Shown here piece by piece: positions 29,067 to 45,214 of a stretch of 64,000 nt of DNA (positions within the stretch are counted from its first letter, which is position 1; each line of letters begins with the position of its first letter). The stretch is from the human T2T-CHM13v2.0 reference genome, Homo sapiens: NCBI RefSeq assembly GCF_009914755.1, contig NC_060930.1; one strand, written 5' to 3'. The position numbers and the translations under genes were made by a program. A model generated the notes under the pieces. It worked only from the letters and a program-made list of their open reading frames with translations, searched no databases and was not told the DNA's origin.

Positions 29067-29809
29067 ATCTTCCTCTAGTGAGGTTCTGGCAAAAAAAAAG
29101 TATGATGACCAGAGTTGTTCACTCTTTTAAGCTTTATGTTTCAAAATATTTTTAAAATTTAAAACCATCTAAGTGCATCCCAAAAAACATTGGAAAATTT
29201 TGTAGGCTAGTTTTGTTTAACGATTTTTCTTCTATAGATTTATTTTTATGCTATGCCTTACTCTCCAATTAGATTTTAGCCATCCAAGAAAGGTACCTTG
29301 TACTTCTAAGCAATTCTCCCATCACCTGGACGTTAACTGCAGCCCACACTGCAGTGTCTTGACTGCAGTAGGCACTCAGTAAATATTTATTGATGGTCCT
29401 GATTATGGGATGATGAAATATGCTAAAGGTAACTTAAACTTTTGTCAATAAAACCGAGTTTCAGGTTAGTTTGACCTTTTCCGTATCTCTAAATATTTTC
29501 TTTCATGTCATTTTTGTGAAATAGCTCACGAAAGTACTTATTGATTCTGAAATCCTTTTCCCCTCTGGTATTCCTGAGCTATCCTCACTCACACACAGCA
29601 CACCAGTGCTATTGTTTGCTGTTTTGTTAAAATCATTCTCATTAATATTCCTCATTCAATAAAAATAGTTGATTCCCACTTATGCACCAAACTCTATTCT
29701 AAAGACTGCTGTTTATTTTATGGAGTCAATATCATCATTTTGTTTTCCATTCCACATAATAGTTGGATGCCAATATGAAGTGTATATTTATAAATAATAT
29801 GTGCTTTTA

Positions 29810-29848
29810 TTTATTTGTTTATTTTTATTTTACTTTAAGTTCTGGGAT
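29810..29848 (-). mobile_element. Micro L1PA insertion (tail plus ~20 nt)
   Basis: tactttaagttctgggat is the L1PA 3' terminus; 15-bp TSD taatatgtgctttta on both sides. Confidence 0.85.
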
Positions 29849-29889
29849 TAATATGTGCTTTTAACATTATTGTTTAAAAATAACAGGAG

Positions 29890-30090
29890 ATATCATATCT
29901 TAGCACCTTCTATATTCTGGGCACTGTTCTAAATGTATCAAAGTTATCATCTCATTTAATCCCTCCACACACCTGAGGGAAGAGAGTATTATTCCTTATT
30001 TACAGATAAGGAAGCTGAGGCTTGGAAGATTCATATATCTAAGATCACAAAGCTAGTAAAGCAGCCAAGTTTGAGTCTAAATCCAGGTTT
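29890..30090 (-). mobile_element. MIR SINE
   Basis: ctcatttaatccc...ttacagataaggaagctgaggctt...aagatcacaaagctagtaa. Confidence 0.8.
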
Positions 30091-30209
30091 TAAATATCAT
30101 ATTGCATGTGGGCATAGATGAGCAAGAACAGGTTTTCCTGAAGATGGCCAGTCTAAGGCTTAGAAGAAGGAAGCTCGGGGAGCCTAAACCAAGATATGCT
30201 AAGGCAAGT

Positions 30210-30533
<324 letters not shown>

Positions 30534-31539
30534 TAGAGGAGATGACTAGTCCCAGTGGCAGGCCTTTCCTACTGGGAGTCAGCCAAGAGCTCCCCACTCT
30601 TCTGGTTCCATTGTTCCTCCTGCAAAGTTCCATTCATAAAGTGGTTTCCCATTTGATTGTCCAATGATGCAAATCTCCAGTCCTTTTTAGCACTGAGTTT
30701 CTCATAGCCTTTTACCATTGAGTTTCTCATGGCTAATGAATGCTAATGAATTGGCATTCCGATTTATCTATAGGATTCCATGAGTCAGCCTCATGAAAGA
30801 AGGTTCCACTCCCTCACTGTGGGTACCGTCTGGGAATTAGACCCTTAATAGGAGTAATTCAGCAGGCAATGTCTTCTCTAATAACACTCCAGTCTCACTG
30901 AGAGCTTCTATTCAAAACAACAATCTAAAGGTCTACAGTGTGACTTTCAACTAAACTGAAAAAAGAATAGAAAATGAATGTATGTGATGTACACATTCAT
31001 TCAAATGTTTATCCCTAAAATTCATAGCAGATTATGACTGATCATTAAAGCCAAATTAAGGGGGCAAAATGTATAAAAACAAAAGGAACTCTTAGGCATA
31101 ATAGTCTTTAAAGTAAAACATTACTACTGACAGTTGCTTGTGTGAAAGATATCTTTATTTAATATGGTAAAAAGAACACAGGAATTGCTAGCACTTACCG
31201 TATGTCCATTTTATGTCCACCTTAAAATAGATATGTCTGTATAGTCATCAGATTAGCACTTTAGAATTCAATAATTTCAAAGAAATCAGAATGGACATTC
31301 ATTACATGTGCTTATCTGGCAGGAGAATTGAACAAATCCTTTCTATAGGAAAATGTAAAATTCCTAATAACTCCACAGGATTGTAAGACTTGGGCTGGTA
31401 ACTTCAGTGAATACAGCAGAGTTTGGGCGATGGGAAAAGGTACAGTTGTGTTCCTAAACTCTTAACTTTGTGAGGCAGTGACTTTATTTCTTCTTCATGA
31501 TTTTGCAGTAAGTTCAGTACAGTGGTTAGTTTCAGTATA

Positions 31540-31770
31540 GTTCAGTGGCTAAGCTTTTGAGAGGGACAGTTCTATGTTCTAACTCAACTTCTGCCACTTG
31601 TTAGAAAGTGACTCTTGTCAAACTATTGGCCCTTTCAAACCTCAGTTTCTTCATCTGCAAAACTTTATTCATGGGGTTGTTGTGAGGGTTAAATGAAAAA
31701 TATGTAAAACTCATCAAAATTTTAAGCACAAAATACCAAGTCTCAGCAGAACACATACAGTAGGAGTCCA
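31540..31770 (+). mobile_element. MIR SINE
   Basis: cctcagtttcttcatctgcaaa...gttgtgagggttaaatga. Confidence 0.8.
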
Positions 31771-32044
31771 GCCATTAAAATTTGAAACAGGCAGAGGCAA
31801 AAATATTTTGTTTAGAAGTACTTGCATTTTCTAGCTCTTTGGCTGAGTGGACAACATTTTGGTGTTCTTTTTCTTATTGTTATTTTTTAAAGCATACGTA
31901 TATGTTATGTAGACTCTTTTGTATGTATATTTAACTCACAATAAATATTTATAAATAGAAAGAAAGATATCACATATATGTGCACATACACTGGTAAGCC
32001 CCAATACACTGCCTCATTTCTAAATGACTCTAGCATTTGTAGGA

Positions 32045-32227
32045 CAGTGCTTTTAAACCTTTCGCACTCACGAGATACTCTGGGGAGCTTTAAAATATAT
32101 GCTGATGCTTGGGCTCCACTTCCACATATTCTGATTTAATTGATTAGGGGTTCGGCTCAGGCATCAGTATTTGTAAATAAAAGCTTCCCAGCTGATTCTA
32201 ATGTGAAGTTAAAATTGACGGATACTG
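32045..32227. mobile_element. MER5A/B (hAT-Charlie)
   Basis: cagtgcttttaaac...gctgatgcttgggctccac...attctgatttaattg...tgattctaatgtg...actg. Confidence 0.8.
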
Positions 32228-32499
32228 ATACCGATAAAAGAGTGAGTGCAATAGACACAAAACAAAATAGGAGATGTGTCTCAACAATGGTAAGATTGTT
32301 TTAAAAATTATAGTACAATTAAAAAAATAATGTAATGCAATTATTTAGAAAATTCTTACAATTTTGTATTTTGAAAGCACCATGTGGATATCATGGGGAA
32401 AACCAGAACTTTGTTGGATTTCCTTAACAAAGATTTTGCAGCTTGGTATCATTTCCATTTTGTAGTATTTTGATATCCAGGAGATGAAAGTGGGAAGTG

Positions 32500-33220
32500 G
32501 ACAATTGCCTATAAGGCCATGCTTTGCACCAGGGTGTCCAGATGAGAGGCAAGTGGAGGGTAAAGTTTAGCCTGCATTCTGTTCCCTAAGGTACATCTCC
32601 TGGTGAGGGGTGGCTTCTAATCAGGGGAAGAAGTCCTATGTCTTGTTTCCTAATGCACGCACAGGTTCCACAAGCCCTCACTTTGTTCTCAAGAGCATAG
32701 CATTTATTTTGGTGCTTAAGACTGCTGAATGTCACAAAATAATTTTTCCCAGCACAAACAAATATTCAAAATAGTTATGTGCACAGCCTGTTTGAGCACC
32801 AATAAGTTTTGGCTCTGTGGCCTGTTTGGGCACTGACATGGTTTGGCTCTGTGTCCCTACCCAAATCTTATCTTGAATTGTGATCCCCACATGTCCAGGG
32901 AGCGACCTGATGGGAAGTGATTGGATCATGGGTGCAGTTTCTCCCATGCTGTTCTCATGACAGAGAGTAAGTTCTCAGGAGAGCTGATGGTTTAAAAGTC
33001 TTTGGCAGTTTCCCTTTCTCTCCCTCTCTCTCCTGCTGCTATGTAAGACGTGCCTTGTTTCCCCTTTGCCTTCCGCCATGATTGTTTTAAGTTTCCTGAG
33101 GCCTTCCCAGCCATGTGGAAATATGAGTCAATTAAACCTCTTTTCTTTATAAATTACCAAGTCTCAGGCACCTAAACCAATTAGAAGGTGTGCCATTGGC
33201 ACACAGCAGGGTCCTGGTGT
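32500..33220. mobile_element. hAT-Tip100 element (MER91/Zaphod-like) interrupted by THE1
   Basis: gcaccagggtgtccagatgagaggcaagtggagggtaaagtttagcc resembles MER91A. Confidence 0.45.
32834..33166 (+). mobile_element. THE1C/D-type solo LTR lacking its last ~40 bp
   Basis: tgacatggtttggctctgtgtccc...tgagtcaattaaacctcttttctttataaattacc; TSD GGCAC on both sides. Confidence 0.9.
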
Positions 33221-36200
33221 CTCCCCCACCATCCAGCCACCACTCTGCCAGGTGTGAATGTATTAACTATTGCTGGAGTGAGGTGAAAGGAGGCAGTCCT
33301 GCAGAAGGGCCACTGCCACTGGGATGGCACAGGAGGGCGCTCGAGAGACTCACCTTAGTGACTCTATCAACTGGTGAAAATATTTAGATATTTTCACAAT
33401 CGATATGGCCTTGCTTGTATATACAGGGTGATTATAAACTCTCTTGCCACTTATCACAGAAGTCGAAGTTTCATCATTTCTTTTCCTGTATTTGGTTTAT
33501 GTGCAACAATATAGGTTTATTTTCCAGTTCTGGAAAATAATCATGGTTAATACTGACTGAGAACTGATCATTTCCTTTCCTCTTTATACCAACCAATGGG
33601 GCAGGTACCATTATTAAAGGGGGAGGAAATAGAGGTTAAATAACATGCCCCCAATCAGTAGTGGGGAAATGAAAGAATCAGGATTCAAAGCCAGGTTTGT
33701 CTGGGTCTTGGGACCAGCTCAGCGTCTGTGCTGTACTGCCCGGGACTCCTGCTGCCAATTCTTTCTACCTCATTATCCCTCAACCCTGCACCAGCAAATC
33801 CACAGGGCGTGAGATGAAGAGAAGAGAGGACCACAGGCGAGAAAGTGGCAGCAGCAAGAGAAGATGTACCATGAGGAAGTTCTGGGAGGTTCTGCCCGTC
33901 TTTCTGAGAACAGGGGAGAGACAGAGCTGAGTTACAACTGCACTGCTTCTTAGCTTCTTAGTTTCTCTTCAGAATTAGTGGCAAAGAAGAGTTTTCGAAG
34001 TCTTTAGCATGTATTAAACGAAGAATTTTGTTTATAAGAAAAAATTGTGGATCGTTCCCATGTTTGTCTGGAAAACTCTTGTTAAACTTTTGTGCAGCTA
34101 GTAAATTAAGTCACTGTTTATTCTGTGTAGTGGAAAGCATGCTTAAACTCTAACTCAGGAGACCTGATTCCAGGAATAGTTAAGCCTGAGTTCATTATAA
34201 ACCACTTAAGTTATCTGTGTCATTATTCTAGTCTGTTAAATGGAGGGCTTGAGCTGGTTTCTTGTAAGGTGGGATTTGGCTAAGTGCTCTTGGATACAGT
34301 TGCTCACCTCTTTGAGCCTCAGCTTTCTTTTTGGTGATTATTTAATCGCATGTGATAACAAATACAGGGTGTTTTGTGTAATGCCTGGAATGGCACTGAG
34401 ATTGTCTCCACTACAGTAAGGAGGTGGTTTAGAAATTAGCTAATTTATTAATTAATGGCCTATAGAGCTTCATGTAGGTTGGTACTTCAAAGTCCCATTC
34501 ATATGGATCATGTTCATATTTATATATTCATCACTTTTATTTCAAAATCTCTTTTTCTGCTGAGATCAACTGAGATTTCTAGAAAGCAGTCCTATTGTCA
34601 GCACTTTGCCCAGTACATTTAGTAAGAACTTGACTAGCATTGACTCAAACAGTTCTCTTAGAAGGGCTGGCACCTTTTGTTTCAATTTTTTTAAACATTA
34701 ACTGCCCATAATAATTGAAGCATGAATGCACTTTCTTTGGATTATGAAACAAATCAATCACAGACATGGGAATTAGGTGTGTTCTCTTGCTTTGTTCAAT
34801 ATCATGCATTTTTTTTGTCTGAGCTTTCACTGTGTCCCCAGAACTGTGCTTGGTGCTAACAGTGGCCCCACAGAGTACGGCTTTATATTCAAGGAGATGA
34901 CAATCTTGTTGGAGGAAAAACCTTATACATAGAACAATTAAGGAACAATGCAAGGGAAACACACATTGCAAGTTTTGATTGTACCTATTTTATGGCTATG
35001 GTATAAAACAAAGCACCTGTTGTTCCTGAGAGTGAAGGGATAAGACAATAACTACAAAAAGGTGAAATGAGTTAATTCAAAAGGGAACATTGAGCATGTC
35101 ATTTTCCTATTGAAGTGCTATTATTTGGTATCGGCTTCCTTTGGTGGTGTTGGTTTTTGATTCCCTCTGCCCCGGACTCTGTTGTTTAAAGATGTTCTTT
35201 CTATGAGGGATCTTGGATGCATTTTAGCAGTGTTTCCACTGCCCTTTGTTTTATATTCTTTGATGCCATCCCAGGTACATCACATTCTTGCTAGATGAGT
35301 AAAGGTAAGCATACTTAGAAGTCAAAAAGAAAAGGCTGAAGTGGTGACTTAGACTTGAGAAATTATAGATTCCATGGAGAAAACTGTGTTTAAATCACAG
35401 GACAGGCTGAAAACTCACATTACCACCTGATGGAAGTGAACTCTACTTTTATAGGTTACTAGGAGAAGGTCAGCCTTCTGTAAAAGCAGATAAACAAGGA
35501 TACCATTACCAGAGTTTCAAGTAATTTAAATTAAGAACTGAACATTGATACTGATATGATTTCTAGTTTATTATCTGTGACAGAACCCAGTAGCTTATTG
35601 AAAAACTATCATGGAAGAAATAACTAAGAAATAACCATTTAAAATATATCAGGATATAATGAGGATGAAGCTTTAGATAACACAAAAAGGCAATTTCTCT
35701 TTAGGCTGAAAAATACCAGACACAGATATATCGACAGAGTGACCTGCCAGAATCCCTACTTTCCAGCCCATCTGATAAAGGTCAACGATTGAACACCCAA
35801 ACACGTTGATACACACAGCACCTGCCTGATGAAAACCGTTAACAGTGTTTTTCTCAGCCCAGAGTGCACTGTTTTCTTAAAGTTTTGAAAACAGTAATCT
35901 AAATTTCCCTATTCCATGAGTAAAGTTCTACTTTTTTCTTTTTCACACTAAACAGCATTCGATGTTTTAGCTGAAAGTCAATTAAGAAAAATGTATTGTG
36001 TCTGTGTTTTTCTTGCTTTCTTTTAAGCACCTCTAAAAGAACTTGTTCTTCTTCCTGAATTGAGAACGAGGTAGGAATGAAAGACTGAAACGGTAACTCT
36101 CATCATAATTTTATTATTATGACAAGTTGGGTTTATGAAGTATTTTTCCAATTACTGCCTCCAATTGTTAAATAGGTAGATAACATGCCAGCTTTAACTG

Positions 36201-37895
36201 CCAAAAACTTGTAGTCCTTAAAATATTTTTTGTAGTATTACTATTAGTATCATGAACAGAAATAGCAGTGATAAAAATCAAATCAAGTTTTGTGAACACC
36301 AAAATTCCATTTGCCTGTGTGTGGAGGGTGGTTTAGGATTGGTAGAATTAATATTCTTTGCAAACGGCTGCACCTAGCATGGTCGCCTTGAAGCCCTGGG
36401 AGTTCTCTAATTTTCCTGGCTCGAGAGACTTCCATTAAACAAGAAAATGAGGTGGGAAAGGTCAGAGGATTCACAGGGTAACAGGAACTGGACCTGAACC
36501 TGAGCTTCATGCAGTCCGCAGATTTTTTAAGTGGTTTGTTTTTTAGAAGTGTTTGTCACGACCTCTAAATCATTGTTAATTTCATCGTTAAACTGGCCTC
36601 AGAGAGATTTTGTTTTAAAGAGACAATGCAGTTAGAGGATCGTGATCTCTGAACTCAGAAGCCCAGAACTCCAAAGCTGGAAGCCACCAGATCCTAGCAA
36701 GTGAAGCTCTGTCAATCTGGAGCCGCAGATTTTGACCACGTGTGCACAGCCTCCCATCTGGGCAAGCCCTTTTCTCTCCACCACTCCACTCCACAGCTTC
36801 TGTTTCTTTTCTTTTCTTTTTTTTTCGCTGAATTCATCATCCCTCCCTTTCCCATGCCGAGACTTAAAAGGTTTCAAATACTTCAAAAATCAATGATTTC
36901 TAAATCACCTCAGATGACTTACATACAATGTTTTATTACATTTTCCCAGAGCAGAATGGCATATTAAGAAATGGTTTTATTTTCAACTATATTTTCTCTT
37001 AGGAATATAGAGACATTATCTCAAATTATTACCTCGAAGAGACAGAGACAAGAATTTTGCACCATTCTAGTTCTCAAATCATTTTAGGTATTTTATTTCA
37101 TTTTGCCTAAATCTCTTAGACGGTTATTTCCTCGTATCACTTAAAAATTACATTTTACTTGGGCAGGGCCTAAAGAATTACATTGAAAAACTAAGAAATT
37201 ATTGGGAAAAAATTCCATTAGCACAACTATCATGATCAGAAGAAATTGGCTAATTTCAGTGTCTTTTCTTTGGGCTCTTCATAGAAAATTGTTGAAATGT
37301 GTCTTTCATAAGTAACTGGCATTCTGAAATTGATTTAAAGCTGTAGAGGGGAAGAAAAGCTACATTGGAAAAATTAAATCTTAGGTTTGGAGATATTTTA
37401 AAAAACTCAACAAGTTCCATGCCCAGAGGAGTGCAGACACTGACCCTCTTTTTCAGCTATTAGAGGTGAGGAAAAAAAGTTGTGTGGTTGGTGTGGAGAG
37501 AGAGAGACACACGCACTTCCTTTAGCCATCATCCTACTAACACCTTCACAGTACATTTTCTTGCTAATAATCCCAACCATTTCTACAGGGAAAAGTGCAT
37601 GTTCCTGTTCTCTGGTAGAAGGGCCACCCAAGGAATTCAGGTTCCTGGTGAGTAAGAATGACAGAAGTACCCACAGCTCCTGGGCCATTGGTCTCCTCTA
37701 TCCAGCCTCCACTGACCTTGCTGGGTCCACTGCAGTTTTCTTCTTGATTTAACTCTATGAGCTCTCTGTTCCTTCAAAGTACTGGAGCTTCTGGCCTTAG
37801 CACATCTGTTTCTGCAGCCAGAGCACCTTCACTGAGAAGCAGACCTCTACTTGGCTGGGTTCTTACTCACCCTATTGGTGCCTCTTCCCCATCCC

Positions 37896-37942
37896 CCTCC
37901 TCCTCCTCCTCCTCCTCCTCCTCCTCCTCCTCCTCCTCCTCC
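37896..37942. repeat. (CCT)n trinucleotide repeat, about 15 units, inside an L2 remnant
   Basis: Directly visible; L2-like flanks at about 37700-37995. Confidence 0.95.
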
Positions 37943-38419
37943 AGGGAACATATAGTTGGCAGCAAGGGTTGCAGAACGAATGAAGGCATGCATGAATGCA
38001 CATGTTGGAGGACGAAGGTTCTGTTTTTACTCTCAGTGCACCAAAACCCAGCAGAGTTAAATAGTGGAAGGTTCTTAAGTGCTCAAGTGAGTAGATGGAG
38101 GTCATAAGGCAAGCAGAGTGGGAAGGGCTAGAAGGAGAAGAAAGGAGAAAGGGAAGGCAGGAGAGGAGAGAGGTGGGGAAAATGGAAGGGTAGTTGAATG
38201 TCATAGCAAATTAGAGTTAGAAGAGGAGAATTAGTAGAAAACAGAGCTAGAGTCAAAAACAGAGTGAGACAGACAGAAATTCATAGATTTGCTGTCTGGC
38301 CCAGATCTCATTGGATAACTAGAGCCTCCCTTCTTCCTTTGGGTTGAATGGTCTTTACTCATTCTTTATGTAGACCATCCTTTACTTCCACATGGAGTTT
38401 GTATGTTCCCATAGACACC

Positions 38420-38602
38420 AATACTTTACATATCAGAACACTTGTCATTTTATTAAAAATTGTTTTTTATTAGTTTCTTTTCCCACTAGACAGTCAATGT
38501 CATGGATGCAGGACTATAGGGTCTTATCTTTTTCATCACAGTAGCCCTCGAACCTAGCACAGTGAAAGTTGCCCATAATACATTACTAAATATTTGTTGA
38601 AA
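38420..38602 (+). mobile_element. L2 3' end
   Basis: cccactagac...gaacctagcacagtg...aaatatttgttgaa. Confidence 0.7.
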
Positions 38603-39251
38603 GCCTAAAGCACTGGGCAAATCATTTTGACTTTCCAGACTTCAGGATCCCCATTTGTGAGGGAGCTGGTCTATTTGATACCTAAGACTCCCCTCCAGCA
38701 CAGGTCTTCTATAATTTTGTATCTACATGGCTTCCTGCCTGATGCCAGGAACTTAAGATTTAACTCAAGAAGACAGGGATGTTGCTTGCAAAGACCCTGA
38801 AGATCTTGTCATCCAAACTGTGACTGCCTGGAGACTGTTTATACAGGATCTTGAACTGGGCTAGGAGAGTGCAATGGATGGTAGTCCCAGTCCTTGTTTG
38901 CAGGGAGAGGAAGACAGCGACAAAGCATTTCTATGGAAAGAAGGAGTTGCTCATAAGTCTACTATGGACATCAAAATATGCTGATGAGCCACAGCAAGTT
39001 CATTACAAAGGGATTTCAGATAGAAGCCTCCTCCTTCAGAGTGAGGAGGAAGAATCATCCAGGAAAGAGAGAAATTATGTGTATTTCATATATTGCTGTA
39101 TGTACATATTAATCAGCCAGCAAATATTAAGTGCATTCATGGGCAAAATGCCAAAGAGATGAAGAGAAAAATCAGACTCCAAGGATCATATAATCTGATT
39201 GTGGAAGAAAGGCATATTCATCATGAAAATGTAGCAAAGATGTTAAGTGAG

Positions 39252-39932
<681 letters not shown>

Positions 39933-40344
39933 AGTGGGATAAGCCAGACACTTGGGTTTCCTATGGGTCCTCTCCATTTGGTTTTCCTGTTAAAGATTTA
40001 AAAGAGCAGAAACACTACTTTATTAGAGAAAGGGCATTTGAACTTGGCCTTTGAACATGGCAGGATTTGGCCACTTAGAGATTGGGGGTGCCATTCCAGG
40101 TAGAGAGAAGAGCAAGGAGAATGGAGAGCACTTGGCATTTATGAGAATAGTGAGGGTTCATGTCAGGTTACATGAAGCTGACTCATGACAAATTAATTTG
40201 GAAAGGCAGGTTGTGACCAGGCTAAAGGCATCTGGACTTTGCTCTAGAGGAAATGTGAAACCATTGCAGATTTCTGAGCAAGCTGTTGGCCAGAGCCGTG
40301 CTTCGGGGCGACTCACAACAGTGGTAGGAAGCTCTTTGGGAGCT

Positions 40345-40346
<2 letters not shown>

Positions 40347-40388
<42 letters not shown>
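40347..40388. repeat. (GA)n microsatellite, about 21 units
   Basis: Directly visible. Confidence 0.97.
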
Positions 40389-40391
<3 letters not shown>

Positions 40392-40789
40392 GAATCCAGG
40401 GGAGAACAGAACAAGTGAGAAAGCAGCTGCATTGCGGCCCAGGCTGGGGTTGCTGGTTTCTGGAAAGGGGGTAGTGTTGGGGGAGTGGGGAGAGGGGTTA
40501 AATGTGAGCTTCTGAGGAAGTACAGGAGGGGTGAATTCCACCATGGAGAAAGTATTCAATAACAAGCCTACAGAGAAGTTGAGGAAGGTGGAGGAGTAAA
40601 GGACAATGATGTCCTCGAGAAACCTGCTCATGAAACCTGCTCAAGAAACCTGAGGAGGCAAAAGCCTGATTCTAAAGTGTGAGAGAGCAACAGCACAACC
40701 TGGGGAGGTGGGGTATCAAGTCCGAACCAAGGGTGAAGGGCAGGGACTCAGGTGCTGGAGTGTTTCAATGTGGATCTTGGGGTTGGCAC

Positions 40790-40960
40790 TTGCTTGCTGA
40801 GTTACCTTGGGCAAGTTACTATGTGGTCTTAGTTTCTGTAAAATGGAGATCATGATGTAACCACTTGGTAGGGCTGTTGGAAGGATGGAAGGAGTTCAGA
40901 AACAGAAAGCTCCCAGCACAGAGCCTGGCCCGTAATAAACAGTCTATGTGTTTGCTATCA
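40790..40960 (+). mobile_element. MIR SINE
   Basis: accttgggcaagttact...ctgtaaaatggagat...agcacagagcctggcc. Confidence 0.75.
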
Positions 40961-41399
40961 CGAGGGTACTTTTAAAGAAATTTAGTGCAGATGAGTATAA
41001 ATGAGACGTGGAGTGAGTAGCAGAATCAACACAAGGTTTTTCTTATAATGGATGAGAGATTGTAAAACACATTTGCATTGGGGAGAAGGACACATGGGAG
41101 AGGGAAGAAATGGAAGACACGGAAGATTTGTTGGAGGCAAATTTAGATCCACGACAAAAGTACGGGAGTAAGTGCATGGGGAAAACTTAGTATTGGAGGG
41201 AGGAAAAATGGCCTCACTTTGCACTTCGAATAACATCTACTTTCTTTACCTGGTCCTCCAAAGGCCACCAGGGCCAGCCTCTGGCCTGTTTCTTTAGCCG
41301 TAACTCCTCCATTCTCCCCCGCTGCCATTTGCACATCTTGCATTTTCTCAGAGCTGCCAAGATGGTCGTGGCCGGGCCTTCCTCTAGCTAGCCTATCTT

Positions 41400-41725
41400 C
41401 CTGCAGAGCCCTTCCCTCAGCTTCTTACTTGGCTGAATCTGTTGTCTTACCCAGCTCTCACTTTAAATTCCGAAGTCCTTCCCTGACCGTCAGGTCCAAA
41501 GTAGCCATTCAACATTCCTTACATTACCCGTTTTTCCATCTTTACATGGCATTGATCTTCACTTGGTGATTCCTTGTTTATTTATTTATTGGTGTACTGC
41601 CTGCCTCTCTTCACCAACGTATAAGCTTCATTACAGCAGAGACCTCTTGCCTGGTCATCACAGTATCCTTGGCTCCTGGCACATGGTAGGAGCCCAGTTA
41701 AACGTTTGTTGAATAAATAAATGAA
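41400..41725 (+). mobile_element. L2a 3' end
   Basis: ccttccctgacc...cctggcacatggtagg...tttgttgaataaataaatgaat. Confidence 0.75.
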
Positions 41726-41793
41726 TACATCCTTCTGTAATATGTGAGAAAAGTGGGAGGCAAGTCTAGGTGAAGAAGGCACTTAAAAAAAAA

Positions 41794-42280
<487 letters not shown>

Positions 42281-42857
42281 TGAAGTGGAGAGGAGTTAGA
42301 GGAAATTGAGTCATACTTAATTTTATCTGAAAATCATGAAGTAAAATAATACATAGAAAGTGAAGGGGTGAACTTCTGGGTGTATATATTCAATGGAAAT
42401 AAAATCAGTGTCAAAGGTTTCTCTGCACCCCCATGTTCACTGTAGCATTATGCACAATAGTCAAGATATGGAATCGACCTGAGTGTCCATCAACAGATGA
42501 ATGGATAAAGCAAATGTGGTATGTATACACTGTGGAATACTATTCAGCCTTAAACAAGAAGAAAATTCTATCACTTGTGACAACGTAGATGAACCTGGAG
42601 GACATCGTGCTAAGTGAAAGGAGCCAGGCACAGAAAGACAAATTGTGCATGATCTCACTTACATGTGGAATCCAAAAAAGTTGAACTCGTAGACACAGAG
42701 AGGAGAATGGTGGGTTGCTGGGGAGGAAATGGAATGCGGCAGAAAGGGGAGATATTGGTCAAAGGGCACAAAGTTTTAGTTAGATAGGAGGAGTAAGTTC
42801 TGGAGACCTATTGTGCAGCATGGTGACTGTAGTTAATAATGATGCACTGTATACCTA

Positions 42858-43193
<336 letters not shown>

Positions 43194-43203
43194 TATTATT
43201 TTA

Positions 43204-43332
43204 ATTTTTATAAATAAAGACAGGTTCTCCCTATGTTGCCCAGGCTGGTCTCAGACTCCTGGGCTCAAGCGGTCCTCCCACCTCGGCCTCCCAAAGCGCT
43301 GGGATTGCAGGCGTGAGCCACTGCACCTGGAC
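43204..43332 (-). mobile_element. FLAM_C Alu monomer
   Basis: Left-monomer-only sequence with ctcctgggctcaagc. Confidence 0.85.
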
Positions 43333-43491
43333 AACTTCGAAGTTCTTACCACAAAAAAATGATAAGTATGTGAGGTGGTAGATATGTTAATTAGCTTGAT
43401 TTAATCATTTCACATTGTATGTGTGTATCAAAATGCCACATTGTACCCAAAAATATATGCGGTTTTTATTTGTCAATTAAAAAAAAGAGAG

Positions 43492-44324
<833 letters not shown>

Positions 44325-44715
44325 TTCATGATCAAATTTTGTAAATGGTTGATGGATAGATGAAAAAAATTCTCTAATTGAAAGACATAAGGATCACTGT
44401 ATGATCAGCAAATGTAGATAAATGAATATAATATTGATTCACTTCTAAAAGAAATATATTGATGTCTCCCACTATAATTAAATTTTAATCAAGTTCTTGG
44501 ACTTCTAAATAGTTTTTGCCTTATATATTTGGCTGTTTTCACGTTTGGACGCTTCACTTTATTAATTATTGTATCTCCTTTGTAAGAGTGTACCATTCAT
44601 ATTACATAATCTCTCTATCTTGTTTGGTCAGGTTTTCCACAACTAATCAAAATGCCTTGGTATTAACGTGACTCTTTTTCAAAGTAGCGTGGACAATTTT
44701 GCTGTCATCATGTAG

Positions 44716-45058
<343 letters not shown>

Positions 45059-45214
45059 AGTACAAACTTTCAGCTTGTCACTGAAAAAAAGGACACTCCA
45101 TATCACTTTTTGCCATTTTGTGTGTGTTTACACATCTATCTATCCACATTGTGCTTAATTTGGACTTTACAACCAAGTGATTTTTCTCCATTATAAAAGA
45201 AATTGCATCATTTT

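Noticed and set aside
32806-32855. Flank (ttggctctgtggcc) resembling the first bases of the adjacent THE1 LTR
   Set aside because: The match is about 13 nt and lies outside the TSD, so coincidence is the simplest explanation.
37757-38204. Poly-Ser and poly-Arg ORFs
   Set aside because: These are translations of the (CCT)n repeat within an L2 remnant.
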